Below are positions 37,670 to 50,200 of a stretch of 64,000 nucleotides of DNA, piece after piece. Each line of letters opens with the position of its first letter. Position 1 is the first letter of the stretch. The DNA is from Rhizaria sp. SCN 62-66 (Eukaryota), in the NCBI GenBank assembly GCA_001724265.1, contig MEDY01000061.1, positions 1-64,000 of the forward strand, in the 5' to 3' direction. A model generated the notes under the pieces. That model had not been told where the DNA came from and did not search any database. It was given only the letters and a program-made list of their open reading frames with translations. The translations under genes and the position numbers were made by a program.

Positions 37670-38198
37670 ATGTCGAACGTTGTTCGTATCGCTGGTATTG
37701 ATATCCGCGCTGGCCACCGGATCGGGGTACGTCTACAGTTCATTCCAAGTTTTATTATCGCCCACCCTACGCCTTCCCCCCCGCACTCTCCCACCTCACC
37801 TTCCTGCCTGCCCCGCCATTTCCCTTTCTAAACAGCGCGCCCTGCAAAACGTGTACGGCATTGGCGCGCACACGTCTGAGCAGATTTGCGGCGTGATGGG
37901 CCTTAACCCGCAGTCGCGCTGCGGCGACCTGCCCCACTCGATTCCGGTCATCTCTAACTACGTCGAGGCCAACTTCCCCAACAAGTCCACCGCGATCCGC
38001 TTCGACTCGGAGCGCGTGCTCAAGCTCATCCGCGTCCAGTCCTACCGCGGCCAGCGCCACCAGCACTGCCTGCCACTGAACGGCCAGAAGAAGACGAACG
38101 CGCGCACGCAGCGCCGCCTCGGTATGGAGCGCGCCCGCGCCTTCGGCTTCCCTCTTGTGCGCCCCAAGTCCATCGCCAAGCCCTACGGCCGCCGCTAA
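37670..38198 (+). CDS. rps13: Bacterial-type ribosomal protein uS13, nucleus-encoded (likely mitochondrial), 2 exons
   Basis: Exons 37670-37726 and 37836-38198. VVRIAGIDI...ALQNVYGIG and LIRVQSYRGQRHQHCLPLNGQKKTNART. Ends in TAA. Confidence 0.9.
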
Positions 38199-39611
38199 AG
38201 GCAATACTAGGCGCTACAACGGCTTCTGGACTACGCCCCGCGCTCGTTTTTGCTCATTTGCGCTCTGTTTGAGGCGTTGTGGCGTTGTGGCGAGCTGTTT
38301 CAGGAGTTGTACTGGCAAAGAGGCAGTTGCTGCTGTTGAAGTTGTTATGCTATGAAACGAGTGCGAATTCTCGTGTGAGTGGACCAACGCGTTGTTTGGT
38401 TGTGTGCTTAGCAGTGCGGTGCTTGCGAGCTTGCGACGGTGCTTCTACTGGTGCTGCAATCCAGACTGTTTGTGTCGTTGTGTGTTGTGTTGTTCGGTGC
38501 TTCTGGTGTGCCCAATGCATCTAGCTATGACTCTCGCTCTCGCACTAGCTCTAATTGAGCTCTGTCTCGAGTGTTGGCGCATCTATTGGTTCAGTCTCAA
38601 TCTCAGGCTTCGTCTCAGTCTCAGACTTCGACTTGAGCTCTCGTTTGATGCAATGTTGCAATGACAATCTACCGCGACACACTAGCACTATGTCAACCTC
38701 TAAACCAACGGAGCAACTCTGCAGCAGCACCATAAGCTCTCCAGCAGTAACAACAGCGCCCAGCCTTTGCTCGACAACTCACGCCTCCTCATTACACACA
38801 CACGCATTTCAAGCAACGTAGTCCTGTCAAGGCTATACTCAACTTGCGCGGCTAAACACGTAAGCTAATCTTTAAGAAAGGAAACAAAGTCAGAACGCAA
38901 AGAAGGATTGTTACTCAGCTATTATTATTATTATATCCTTATTTCATGCTATTCTGTTAACACAAAATACACCGTATACAATAAATATCTCCGATTATCA
39001 TATCATAGCTACGCACCGCCACAACATGCATATTTGTTCACAAAAGCAATCATTCTCGCGTTGTTGTGCCTTGATATAGATGTTTTGTGTTGTTTATTTT
39101 TGTTTTTATCTTTTCATTCACGCCACATAACCTTTTCTCTCGACCAAGGCAAATCGCACACAACGTGCTATATTCGCACTTGTAGCGAAACTAAGGTTAG
39201 ACTTACAGACTCCAATGATTCTTCACTATTATATATCCCTCAGCAAGTACATCCATATATACGTTATGAACGAACGTCAGTCTCATATCTCACGATCGAT
39301 CGCAACTAGTACATTGTACTTCCTATTCACACACGTGTTTTTCAACAAACATCCCCAACCAAGCCATACTCTCTTCCGCAAAGCCAATATCCCCCATCTA
39401 AGTATCGTTATCATCGTTGAGACGCACTTATACACAGCAACATAGCACATTTTCGACTTGCGTTGACATATAGACGGACACCGCCACTTCCAAACCTCTT
39501 GCCAAAGCCAACTTACACCGCCAAAGCGCTCCAAAAGAAGACACCACTGAGAAGGCAGCGATCTCGCCTCGACGAATACTTAGATCAGCAGCTACGTAGA
39601 TCAGCGCGTGC

Positions 39612-40518
39612 TTAGAGCAGCGCAAAGGCCTTAAAGCGCTTGGCGCCGTCGTCGGCCTTCTTCTGCCCCTTGGAGTAACTCTGGTAGGCGACGCCCAGTG
39701 CCACACCGACAACGGACGCAGTCACGAACACCAGGGCCAGCGCGGTTGCGGAGAAGTGCAGGTCCTGCTCCAGCGCAGAGGCGAAGTTGCCACTCTTGGA
39801 GGACGTCAGGCTGGGGATGACGGACACCGTGGCCTTGGCGGCCGCCGTGGCGGTCGCGGCGGCAGTTGCGTTCTTCGCACCAGTGCCGCTTGTATGCGCA
39901 GTGCCGTTGGCGTTCAGTGCCGCGCTGCCGTTGCCAGCAGCGGGGGCGGGGGCGGTGGTGTTGGTCACGATCTCGCCCGTGGCAACGGCGGACAGCGCCA
40001 GCGCGGCGTCGGCGTTGTTCTGGCCGTTGGCGTTGAAGTTGGCGGCGGCGGCGGCGGCCGACAGGCGGGCGAGGGGACTGTTGGCGTGGGGACGCGGAAT
40101 GCGGACGTATTTGTACACCACGTTCGCGTTGGGGTCCGCGCCCGTGCCGTAGACGACCTTGCGGCCGACGACGAGCGGCGCGGCGTCGGCCTCGGCCGCG
40201 GCGGCGGCGTCGGCGTCGGCGTTGGCGTTGAGCTGGTTGTAGGGCTCAAGCGAGGCGGAGAGGGAGGCGGTCGTCACGGACGTGTCGTACGCCAATCCCC
40301 CGCCTTATTCGACGCAAAAACATGGGACATGGTATATCAGAAAAAGATGCAGGTGAGAGTGAAGTTCTAGAGACATGTGATTTGAGCGTGGTGCAAGGGA
40401 TATGAAAGAGTGAGAGCAGGAAGGTGTTCCAAAAGGGAGGGGAACAGAGGTTTTGAAACGTACCAAGCACCGACATCATGAAGGCAAAGCAGAGTAAAAC
40501 CCCGCTAGACCACTTCAT
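39612..40518 (-). CDS. Unknown type I membrane protein (signal peptide, Ala/Thr/Asn-rich ectodomain, C-terminal TM), 2 exons
   Basis: Exons 40518-40464 and 40303-39612 (GTACGT donor, AAG acceptor). MKWSSGVLLCFAFMMSVLGGGLA signal and ALALVFVTASVVGVALGVAY TM. Ends in TAA. Confidence 0.75.
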
Positions 40519-41182
40519 GAGCTGTGTGAAATCGATATGAGCGAGTAAAAGCAGGCAGAGGAAACGGTATTGAGGTAAGAATGACAGTTGAAGTGAGGTT
40601 GGAAGCGAGTGGGTGGAGGGCAAAGGAGAGGGGTGACTTTCGACGCCTACACACGTCCTTGATCTACACCTCAGCGCCCAGAAAGAAGGATTTCAGTGAA
40701 AAACATCAAAGAAAATACAAGAAAAGTATCCACAATTCATTTAACGGTCATTCAGGTGAGCTCTACCCTGCGAAAGCAAGGGGGTAGGTCTCAGGCCAGA
40801 GAGAAGACTGACCGACCGTGAGAACTCGACTTTGCGGGTGACTGTGAGCCTGGGTCGATTTGACCACAAGCTGCTTTTGTCGAGACCAACCGACTGAGAG
40901 AAGGCCCAGACTCACCCTAAAAGACCCTTGAATCGCCACCCATCGCTCCGTGCTCGTGAGCTGAAACATATACCACTAGAATTTAGACTGAAAATAACCC
41001 CCGATATCTAAACTCGATTTCCCTTGAAGCAGCGATCTACTCCTTGAAATCTGCCCTTGAAGCCACCACAACAAACTTAAGCCACAAACCTCCAGCCCGC
41101 TTCCTTCCGTCGCCTCCCCTGCCTTACCACCTCTTCCTTTCCGCCTGATTCCATTTTGTCCTTTCCCCAGCCCGCGCCAGCA

Positions 41183-42115
41183 ATGTCCTCCGCGCTGTCT
41201 CTGGGCCCCACGCCCGACTTCATGGCCGGCTCCAAGGGCTACCACGACAACAAGGACGGTGTCCACATGATGGGCACCACCATCATGGCCGTTTCTTTCG
41301 ACGGCGGCGTCATCCTCGGCGCTGACTCCCGCACCTCCACGGGCTCCTACGTCGCCAACCGTGTCTCCGACAAGCTCACGTCGGTCGCGAGCAACATCTA
41401 CTGCTGCCGTTCCGGCTCCGCCGCCGACACCCAGGCCATCTCCGACATGGTGCGGTACGTTACATCCACGAATTACAACATTCGCCCACATGTATCCACT
41501 CTAGCGAAAACAGAACTTAGCATACCCATACCTTTCTTTATTTTCAGCTTTGTGGCGGCGTCTCATATTATCATGCGTTCATCTACCCCAGTTTTGTTAC
41601 TCACATATGGACACGACAAACCCAACCTTGCTTTGCCTCACTTTTCTTTCTTTCCGCATCGATCCACTCTCACCTGGCTTCTCCCGCTCCACAGCTATTA
41701 CCTGGACGTGCACGCGATGGAGTCCGGCCGCAACCCGCGCGTGAAGACGGCCAGCAATCTGTTCCGCGACCTCTGCTACAAGAACAAGGACCGTTTGCTG
41801 GCCGGCATCATCTGCGCAGGCTACGACGACGTCGACGGGGGCTCTGTATACTCGATCTCCATCGGTGGCAGCCTCGTCAAGCAGGACTACAGCATCGGCG
41901 GCTCGGGCTCCACCTACGTGTACGGCTACTGCGACGCTAACTACAAGAAGGGCATGTCCAAGGAAGACTGCAAGAAGTTCACTACACACGCTATCGCGCA
42001 TGCAATGGCCCGCGACGGCTCCTCGGGCGGTGTGATCCGCCTCGTCATCATCGACAAGGAGGGCGTCACGCGTGAGTTCATCCCCGGAGACCAGCTGCCC
42101 TACAACCTTGAGTAA
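41183..42115 (+). CDS. PSMB6: 20S proteasome subunit beta1 (PSMB6/PRE3), 2 exons
   Basis: Exons 41183-41454 and 41695-42115. Propeptide, then [49 protein letters not shown] and [10 protein letters not shown]. Ends in TAA. Confidence 0.97.
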   Translation: MSSALSLGPTPDFMAGSKGYHDNKDGVHMMGTTIMAVSFDGGVILGADSRTSTGSYVANRVSDKLTSVASNIYCCRSGSAADTQAISDMVRYVTSTNYNIRPHVSTLAKTELSIPIPFFIFSFVAASHIIMRSSTPVLLLTYGHDKPNLALPHFSFFPHRSTLTWLLPLHSYYLDVHAMESGRNPRVKTASNLFRDLCYKNKDRLLAGIICAGYDDVDGGSVYSISIGGSLVKQDYSIGGSGSTYVYGYCDANYKKGMSKEDCKKFTTHAIAHAMARDGSSGGVIRLVIIDKEGVTREFIPGDQLPYNLE

Positions 42116-42905
42116 GTCCGCCATGCGGAACAGCTGCAAAGCGGCGGTTTAGAGGCCGCTTTGCGTGGTTACGCTCTTGCTGAGAGGTTTGAAGTAGTGA
42201 GAGGTTTTTGTTTAGAAAAGTACATTATTGAAAGACAAAAAGACAAAATATATTAAGGATATGAAGTTATATTTGATACACAGTTTCAGTTTAAGCCCTA
42301 TCGGACCTCGTTCTGCTCTGCTGCGCTCTGCGTTTGTGCAGCTTTTGACTGCGATTTGAGAGCTGTTGTGCCACCATGACTATGGCTTCCACTCTGAACT
42401 GAGATTGGCTGCTGCGTGTGTCAAGAAGGGCTGACTTGCAGGGCATAGAAGGCATCACAAACGGTTGTGAATAGCGAAATAGATGCCACGTTTGAATTTC
42501 AAGTTCAGTATTCTTCATAATGTTATATTGGTATGCGCAGCGGTTGCAGTTAAGGACGTCTTTGGTTGTCTTTTGGATTAGTGGTTTTGTCCAGTTTGAC
42601 CCTTCGCGACCCGCACTCTGTTTCTCTGTCACCAGACATCATAACAAAGGGCTTAGAACTCGATTTTTCACTATGCTAATTAATTATGATTATTATGTCC
42701 GTATGAACTCCGTCTGACTGTCAACTTAATCGCACATAGACCCTCCGGCTCGCTAGGACTGACACAACAGCCGACCGACTCTTTGAGAGAACTTCATTCC
42801 TCTCTCTCCTGCTAGCGCCCTCAAACCTAGCACGACCACAAAGTCACCCCTACCACATCACAGAACGGCCGCAAGCGCACATTTAGCCCTTGCCTTTGCG
42901 TCCCC

Positions 42906-44983
42906 ATGAGTCGCTCCGCCGCCCCCACATGCGTCCCTGTTCACGACGAGTCCAAAACAGCCTCCGCCGCCTCCGCTGCAGCCTCCGCTGCTGCCTCTGC
43001 TGCTGCCCCTGCTGCTGCGGTGATTGCTGGTCCGATCTCCCTGCCCGGCCACTCGCGTCCCATCAGCTCTCTCCGCTTCTCGCCCCCGACCCCGCACGGC
43101 GCGTTTCTGTCGACAGCGTGCTACGACGGCGCCGTGATGCTACGTGACGCCGCCACGGGCGACTGGCTGGGATCTTTCCCCGAGCAGCGCTCCGCCATCG
43201 CCGCCAGCCGCTTCTCCAAGTGGGGGCTCCACCTCGCCACGGCCTCGGCCAACCGCAGCGCGACGGTGCTTGACTGCGCCACAGGGCTGGTGCTCCTCAC
43301 GGTGCCACACAACGTACGCCTTTGCACTCACTCTGGGTAGAATTAAGCTAATTTATTCAGACGTATTACTGTACGATGAATCTTATGTTGTTTTGTGTTC
43401 GTTGGTGTTTATGCCAAGCATATATACTCACTTGTATGTTCTGTTCTCTCTTTTGCTCTTTTCTATCGTCTCGCTTTGTTATGACCCTAACGACAACGCA
43501 GAATGGCGTGCGCGGCTGCTGCTTCAGCGACGACGCCCGCTCCTTGCTGACCACAAGCGGGAATCACCTGTTTAAGACCACTTTCGCGGCCTACACAAAG
43601 TGTTTCCCCCACAGCACCAACAGCTCCAGCTCCAGCTCCAGCTCTAGCTCTAGCTCTAGTAGCGCGCACGGCCCCGCCGGGACACTGTCGGTGCCGCTGT
43701 CGGCCGCGGTGGCCAAGTCCCGCGCCGTGACGGCCTCGGCCCCCGCCCCCTCCATGCTGGGCGCCGTGGTCCCGACCGACTGTGCGCACATTGTGGCCAC
43801 GGTCCCGCTCTTCCAGGCCGGCCGCAGCAGTGCCAGCACCTCGGATGTAAGTGCCTCCGATGCCAGCGCCGGCGCTGCTGCTACTGGTGCTGCTGCTGCT
43901 GGGGGTGATGACGAGAGCAACGCGGTGCTGTTGTGGGATGTAAGTACCCCCTTAGATGGCAAGACAGGCGCGAACGCCCCCATCCGCCGTGTGAGCGCCA
44001 TCCATGTCCCGACTCTCGGCGACGGCGACGCCAGCGACAAGAACAGTCTAAGTACCCCCTTAGACCGCATCGTCACGATCTCGGCCACGATCGCACCCAC
44101 TCCCATCACCGAGAGTAGCGGCGATACCAAAAACAACAACGACGTTGGCGCTAACAGTAACGTCGATGGCAGGCTTGGTCTAGCCGTCGCGACGCACGAT
44201 ACCGTACTTCTGCTGCCTTCTCTGCGCCACAACGGCGTTAATACTGGCGCTGCCGCTGGCGCTGCCTGTGCTGCTCTGAAGGGCGTCAGCAAGAAGCAGG
44301 CAATCGCGGCGGCCAACAACATCCGCTCCAAGTGCAGCGAGATCGCGGTCAGCAGCGGCAACTGCAACAGCAACGGGGACCTGACTGCCGTCGTCGACAA
44401 CACTCTCGGCTTCACGACGCTCACGCTGCCGCCCTTGCTGCGCGCTGCCCTTATCTCCTCCCACTCCAAGGCCAGCAGCGCCAGCGCATGCTCCAGTGCA
44501 GCCAGCAACGAAGACGTAGCGGGCATCAACTGCGTCGCTTATGACCCCTTCTCGCACCGCGTCGTCGTCGGCTGCGGCAACGCCGTCGTGGGGTTTGACG
44601 CCCGCGACGGACGCGTTCTTTTTTGCCAGTCGGAGCAGCACACGGGCCGCGTCACCAGCGTCGACATCGCGCCCTCGTATCCGTTCACTGCCAACAACGT
44701 CGCGTGCAGTCCTGCTGCGGACAACGCTGTGAACGGCAAGAGCGCTGACGCTGGCGCCAGCGCGGGCGACTCTAGTGATGCCGCCGCTGCTGCTGCTGCT
44801 GCTGCTGCTGCTACCGGTGCTGGTGCCGGCATTGGCGGCGGCAACGTGATGTGCGTGGCGAGTGGCGGCGAGGACGGCAAGGTGTTCCTGTGGAGCTGGG
44901 CCGAGCTGGTGGCGCGCTACAATAGTCACAGCAACCACGCCAGGAACGCGTGCCCCGGTGCGATGAGCCACGTGTCCATCTAA
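42906..44983 (+). CDS. STRAP: WD40 protein, STRAP/UNRIP-like, with low-complexity insertions, 2 exons
   Basis: Exons 42906-43313 and 43502-44983. GHSRPISSLRFSPPTPHGAFLSTACYDGAVMLRDAATGDWLGSF matches the STRAP N-terminus. C-terminal HTGRVTSV...ASGGEDGKVFLW. Ends in TAA. Confidence 0.8.
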
Positions 44984-45656
44984 GGGCGGAACGCGTGTGC
45001 GCGCGTGGGGCCTTACAATAAGGGGACTCACAGTCACTCTCTGCTTCAACAGGTCAAAAGCATGGTAGTGGTTGAGTAAGGCGTGTAGGAGTAGTGAAAC
45101 AACATCTATAAGCGTACAAAACAAAACGAAATGTACGTGCCCATTTATATCGGTCTTATTTTTTCAGCAAACAAATACACAACAAATACAATATCATAAG
45201 CAACAACAAAGCGTGAGACGTCGCTTCTCTTGGAGCGCCGGCAGCTGTGACACATGGTCGCAAACGTGATGATTACCGTGCATGAGTTTCTATAAGATCA
45301 ACTTAAACTTGTACGTGTACAGTTGTATTGTGAGATCCATTTGGCCATCTTGTCAAGTATTTCCAGACCACTACTATTGTAAGCTTGACCATCAAAGATA
45401 ACACACAGAGTAGAGTTAAGACAAACGCATTACTAGATGCGACTTTATCTTCCGCTAAAAATCTTTCTTCTGCATTCGAACAGGCATTAGCTTCTCACAT
45501 GTATGTCGTTTTAGCTTCACATGATTTGCTTGCACCCGCGTTAGCTGTGTCTTTGCTTGCGCGCTCGATAGCTGTCGAGTTAGCGTGAGATTTAGCGTGA
45601 GTATAATGAGTATAATACAAGTATAATACTCATTACTAGCGTGTTTAATATTCTCT

Positions 45657-46848
45657 TCAGCGCCTGTTGCGGGGGTTGGATGCCAGCGCCTTGTGGAGCA
45701 CCGTTTCCTTCTCCTTCCACTGGCGGCCGCCCTCCTTGATCTCGCGCTTCGACAGCACGATCCCGCCGTCGCCGGCCTTGCGGCCGAGCCCGATGCGGTC
45801 GACGTGCGAGCCGTGCGAGAGCCGGCTGTCGCGGCGGCGCTCTTCCTGGTGGCGCATGTGGCGCCGCACGACGTTCGGGTTCGCCATCTGCAGGCCGCGC
45901 GCCTTGGTCTCCTCGTACTTGGCCACCGCGCGCTCGTGCTTCTTGCCCAGAATGCCCTACGTCATCGAACAAACGGACACGCAAAGAAAGTGAAAAATTT
46001 GATGAGAAATTTTGTTCAGGATATAAACAGTACATGATGATGACATTAGAAAATAAAACCAATATCAAAGATCCAAAATTCCAAAATAATTCCAAAATAA
46101 AATGATTCGTACGAGAAAAACAGCAAACATATGCGTGAGATATCTTCGTGCAGTCGTACCTGCGCGACGCGGCGGTGGTGCTTTTGCTGCGGCGGCTTGC
46201 GGCCGACGACTTCCTCCCAACGGCGGGCGTCGTAATCACGCTTCTCGAACTTGTTCATCTTGTCAACACTGACGTCCTCGACCTCGCGCTTGAGCGACTG
46301 CAGCACGGCCTTGCCGGCCTCGTTGTCGGCCATAATGCCGCGCGTGACTTTCTTGAGCGCAGTGATGCGGGCCTGCGTCGCGGCCGAAAGCGACACGCCC
46401 GCAGCCGCCGCGTTCGCGCTGCGCTTGGCTGCGAACTCGAGCGTCGCCTCTGCCAGGGTGCCCGACGCAGCCTCCGCGGGGGTCGTAGGGTCGAAGGCGC
46501 GCTTCGTGCCGCTGCCGCTGCTGCCGCTGCTGCCAGTGCTGCCGAGCTTGCGGGCGCCGGGGCGGTTGGCGAAGTTGTCGCTCGCGGTGAGTTGCTAAAC
46601 GGATTATCGAACAAAACAGATACAGGATAGTAGAACAGTGAAATTTGCCAATTAATTATGAGTTTCGTTGTCGTAGATGAAATGTGGAGCGAGATAACAG
46701 GCAAAGCCGGAAGGATTGAGGTCGAGCTTGGAGCGAAGGGAAGGGGGAGAAGAAGACAAGGGATAGAACAAGATAGACGTACCGCAGAAGCGTCAACAAT
46801 TTGAATAACGCGTTTCTCAGACGCGTTACGCACGGCAAGGCGGTTCAT
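45657..46848 (-). CDS. Basic protein resembling 40S assembly factor Faf1 / C1orf131 (DUF4602) family, 3 exons
   Basis: Exons 46848-46783, 46594-46160 and 45956-45657 join in phase. KRDYDARRWEEVVGRKPP, GILGKKHERAVAKYEE and GLGRKAGDGGIVLSKREIK resemble the family; the family call is tentative. Ends in TGA. Confidence 0.55.
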
Positions 46849-47295
46849 TTTGCAATATATCGACCGAAAGTGTGCGAAATCAAGGTTGCATTCAGCCCTT
46901 CAACTCGTCCTCTGCCTCGCTAGCGTGCTGCACATTTAAACATGTGGTGAGAACACTGTTTAGCAGCATTTGAGAAGTTATACATTCGCTGTCGAAAATG
47001 AAAACTATGCGTTGATATAAAATTAGATGTTCTGTATATTAATTCGCTGTTATTTCTCTTCCTTAACTTCATCACATTCACGAACAATAACGTTATTCCA
47101 TCTTGAATTATTACTTCATTATTTCTTTATAGCTGTTCAACAGCGCGATACTAACTCGGTATACACGCGCTCCATTTCCAATTGATTATTTGTTTGACAT
47201 TGTCCCGCACTATTCATGTCCAACACGTTCATAGTCACGAGTTATGCGCATGTAACATCGTCTAGTGCCTTTTGTTTGAGGTTACCAGTGGCCGG

Positions 47296-50200
47296 TTACC
47301 AGTTGTTGCGCAGAATCGGCATAGTCCACACCGACTTGGGCGGGTTCCGCACGCGGGGCGCGGCTTGACTTTGGTACTCGACCTCAACCGTGCCGATGAC
47401 GGTCGCGGTCGAGCTCACACTCTCCGTCGTGTTGCTGCTGCCTCCACCGAGCCCGAGACCGACGCCGATACCGGCGTTCATGCTGGCAGCGCCGGCGCCC
47501 ACGGCAGCGCTGCCGCTGTTGGAGTCGACCTCGATGCCGAGCGCAATCGTGTAGCTCACGTCATGGGTAAGGGTGGTACTTACATCGCACGAGAGCACTT
47601 GCTCCTGCTGCTGCTGCTGTTGCTGCTGCAGCTGGTACAGAGACAGGCCGGACAGAGGGTACTTGAGCTTGGACTGCGCCGCCAACGCTGACGACGCGAG
47701 CGTGAGGGTCTGGTGCGGGGATGTAAGGGGGTACTTCGATGCCGCCGCGCCCGCTTCACCGCCGCGGCCGGCCGGCAGCAGGCGCACGCCGCTAGGAGTA
47801 CTTAGATTGCTGGTACTTACACCGCTGGTGTAGGTGTTGTAGTTGTTGGCCATGTTCGCAGCGGCGTTGCTGGCGTTATTCGCGCTGTTGTTGGAGTAAA
47901 TAGTGACTGTGCTGACGTTAATGCCGCTGGCACTAGAGCAAGCATCATTGCCATATCCGTCATCGTCGTCGTCGTCGTCGTCATCATCGTCGTCGTCATC
48001 GTAGCCGTTGTTGTTATTGTTGAATGTGCTGTAGTTGAAGTCGTTCACAACATTGTCGTAGCTGTTGTAGCTGTTGTTGCCCGAGGTCGGGATGCCACTT
48101 AGACCCTGTAAGTACCCCCCCGTCGGCAGATCCAGCGACGCGTACGCGTACTTAGACTTCTTCGCCACGCCCTCGAGTAAGGGGTTTGCCGCCAGGGTGA
48201 GGGCTACGACGCCGCGGCGTGTAAGCGTCCCGCCCCTGACTGCAGCCAGCGCGGCCTGTTGCGCCGCCGCCAGCGCGGCCAGCCCCTTGGTCGGTGTAAC
48301 TACCCCGCCCTGAGCCTGAGCCTGAGCAAGCTGAGGCGGCGCCAGAGCCGGCAGCATCGGCGGGGGCAGTGAGGGCGACACGGTCAGGACAAGCGGCGGC
48401 AGCACCCGCACGAGCACCGTGGTCGCGGGCCGCACCGCCAGGCCAACCCCGGTCTCAGCGCGCGCGCTGACGGCGACGGTGAGCAGCAACAGACACGGCA
48501 CCGAGGGCGCCCGGCACCGCAGCGACGCCAGCGCGCGGCGACGCGGCGGCAGGAAGGGCGTCGGCAGCGCGTCTAAGGGGGTACTTACACGGCCGTCCGC
48601 CGCCGCTGCTGTCGATGTCGCCGCTGTTGCTGCTGGCGACGACGAGGACGACGACAACGACGTGGCGGGGGCTAAGGGGGTGCTTAGACGCGGCGTGAGC
48701 GGCGTTTGTAAGTGGGACGACGTAAGGGCTTCACTGAGGTCGAAGCCGCCGTCCTGGCTCCAGAACGCATGGCTCACGCGGTACTTCGAGGTGCTGAGCA
48801 GGTACTTGGACTCTGTTGACGAGTACTTGGACTTGTTCGCATTCGCGGCAGCAGCAGCAGCAGTAGCAGCGGCGGCAGCGGCGGCGGCGGCAGCAGCATT
48901 CGTTGCGCTCGCAGGCGCGTTCGCGTTCGTGGCACTGCTAATGGTAGCGGCGGCGGCGACGGGGACGGGGGTACTTAGACCCAGCGCACTTAGACTCGGC
49001 GTGGTGGCACCGCCGGAGCCCGTCGGGGTACTCACCTTGGACGACGCCGCGGCACTTAGATGGTGTCCGACGGTGTTCACGTCCGCGGCGGCCAACGGCG
49101 CTTGTGTAAGGGCCGCGAAGCCGACGCTCTCGGTGATGGTCTTGACGGCTTCGCTGACGGCAGAAGTGCCAGCACTGCTGGTACTTACATCGCGGGTGCT
49201 GAGGAGCAGGCCCGACGCGGAGGTACTTAGACTGGACGGGGCCAGCAAACCGCCGACGCCGCCGCCACCAACGCCACCGCCGCCGCCGCCGAGGGCCGCG
49301 CTGAAGGAGGAGCCCGCGGCGGCAGGGTACCTAGACGTCATGTAAGGGTCGATTGCGAGAATGCTGTAACTCAGCGAGACTGAGCCGAACGGCTCGAGCC
49401 CTTCCTTGCCCGATGTAAGTACCAGGTCTAAGGGGAACGACTGGTTGCAGTAGACGATCGCCGCAGACGCCGCCGCCGCAGCAGCGATCGCTGCAGCGCT
49501 ATTGTTGTTCACATTCGCGTTGGCAGCGGCGTTACTACTACTGCTGCTGCTGCTGCCGCTGCCAGTGCTGCTGCTCAGGCGGGTCACGGTGGCGACATCA
49601 GAGAGCGAGCGCAGAGACAAGAAGAGCGCGGCGTTGGCGACCGCCGTCGCAGTCTCGGCCTCGGCCGCCGCCGCCGCTGCCGCCGCTGCCGCCTCGGCCT
49701 TGGCCTTGGCCCTCGCCAAAGCACGGGGGTTCATTGTGTTGGCAACAGGAGTGGCGTTATGAGCAGCAGCGGCGGGGGCGGCTGGGCTGGCGGTGGCCGC
49801 GGAGGGGGTCATGCCGAGACTGGGGCACGCGCTCAGGCCGGGGTGTAAGGGGGTACTCAGACAGTTCACGGGCACCGGGATGAGTCCGTGCGTGAGCAGG
49901 CGGCTGTGCGCGGCCGCAGTGACGGCGACTAAGGGGGTACTTACATTGGCGAACTGCTGCTTGAGCACGGAGCGCTTAGTCTGCAGCGTCAAAGGCAGGC
50001 CGAGTGTGAGCTGTGCGTCCGACACACGAGGCGAGATTGTAAGTACCCCGGTCTTGGTTCCGCCGCCAACAGCAAGCCGCGTGTAGGGGCCGCCCATGAA
50101 CGTGAGCGGGTACTTAGCCGGCGATGTGAGGACCCTGGCGACCCTGCGCACGAGCGACGTGACCAGGTCGCGGTCGATGATGCCCTTAGACTTGAGCGCA

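Noticed and set aside
43940-43955. GTAAGTACCCCCTTAG as a 16-nt micro-intron
   Set aside because: Removing it would frameshift otherwise open frames. Many copies start with CTAAG or are in reverse orientation.
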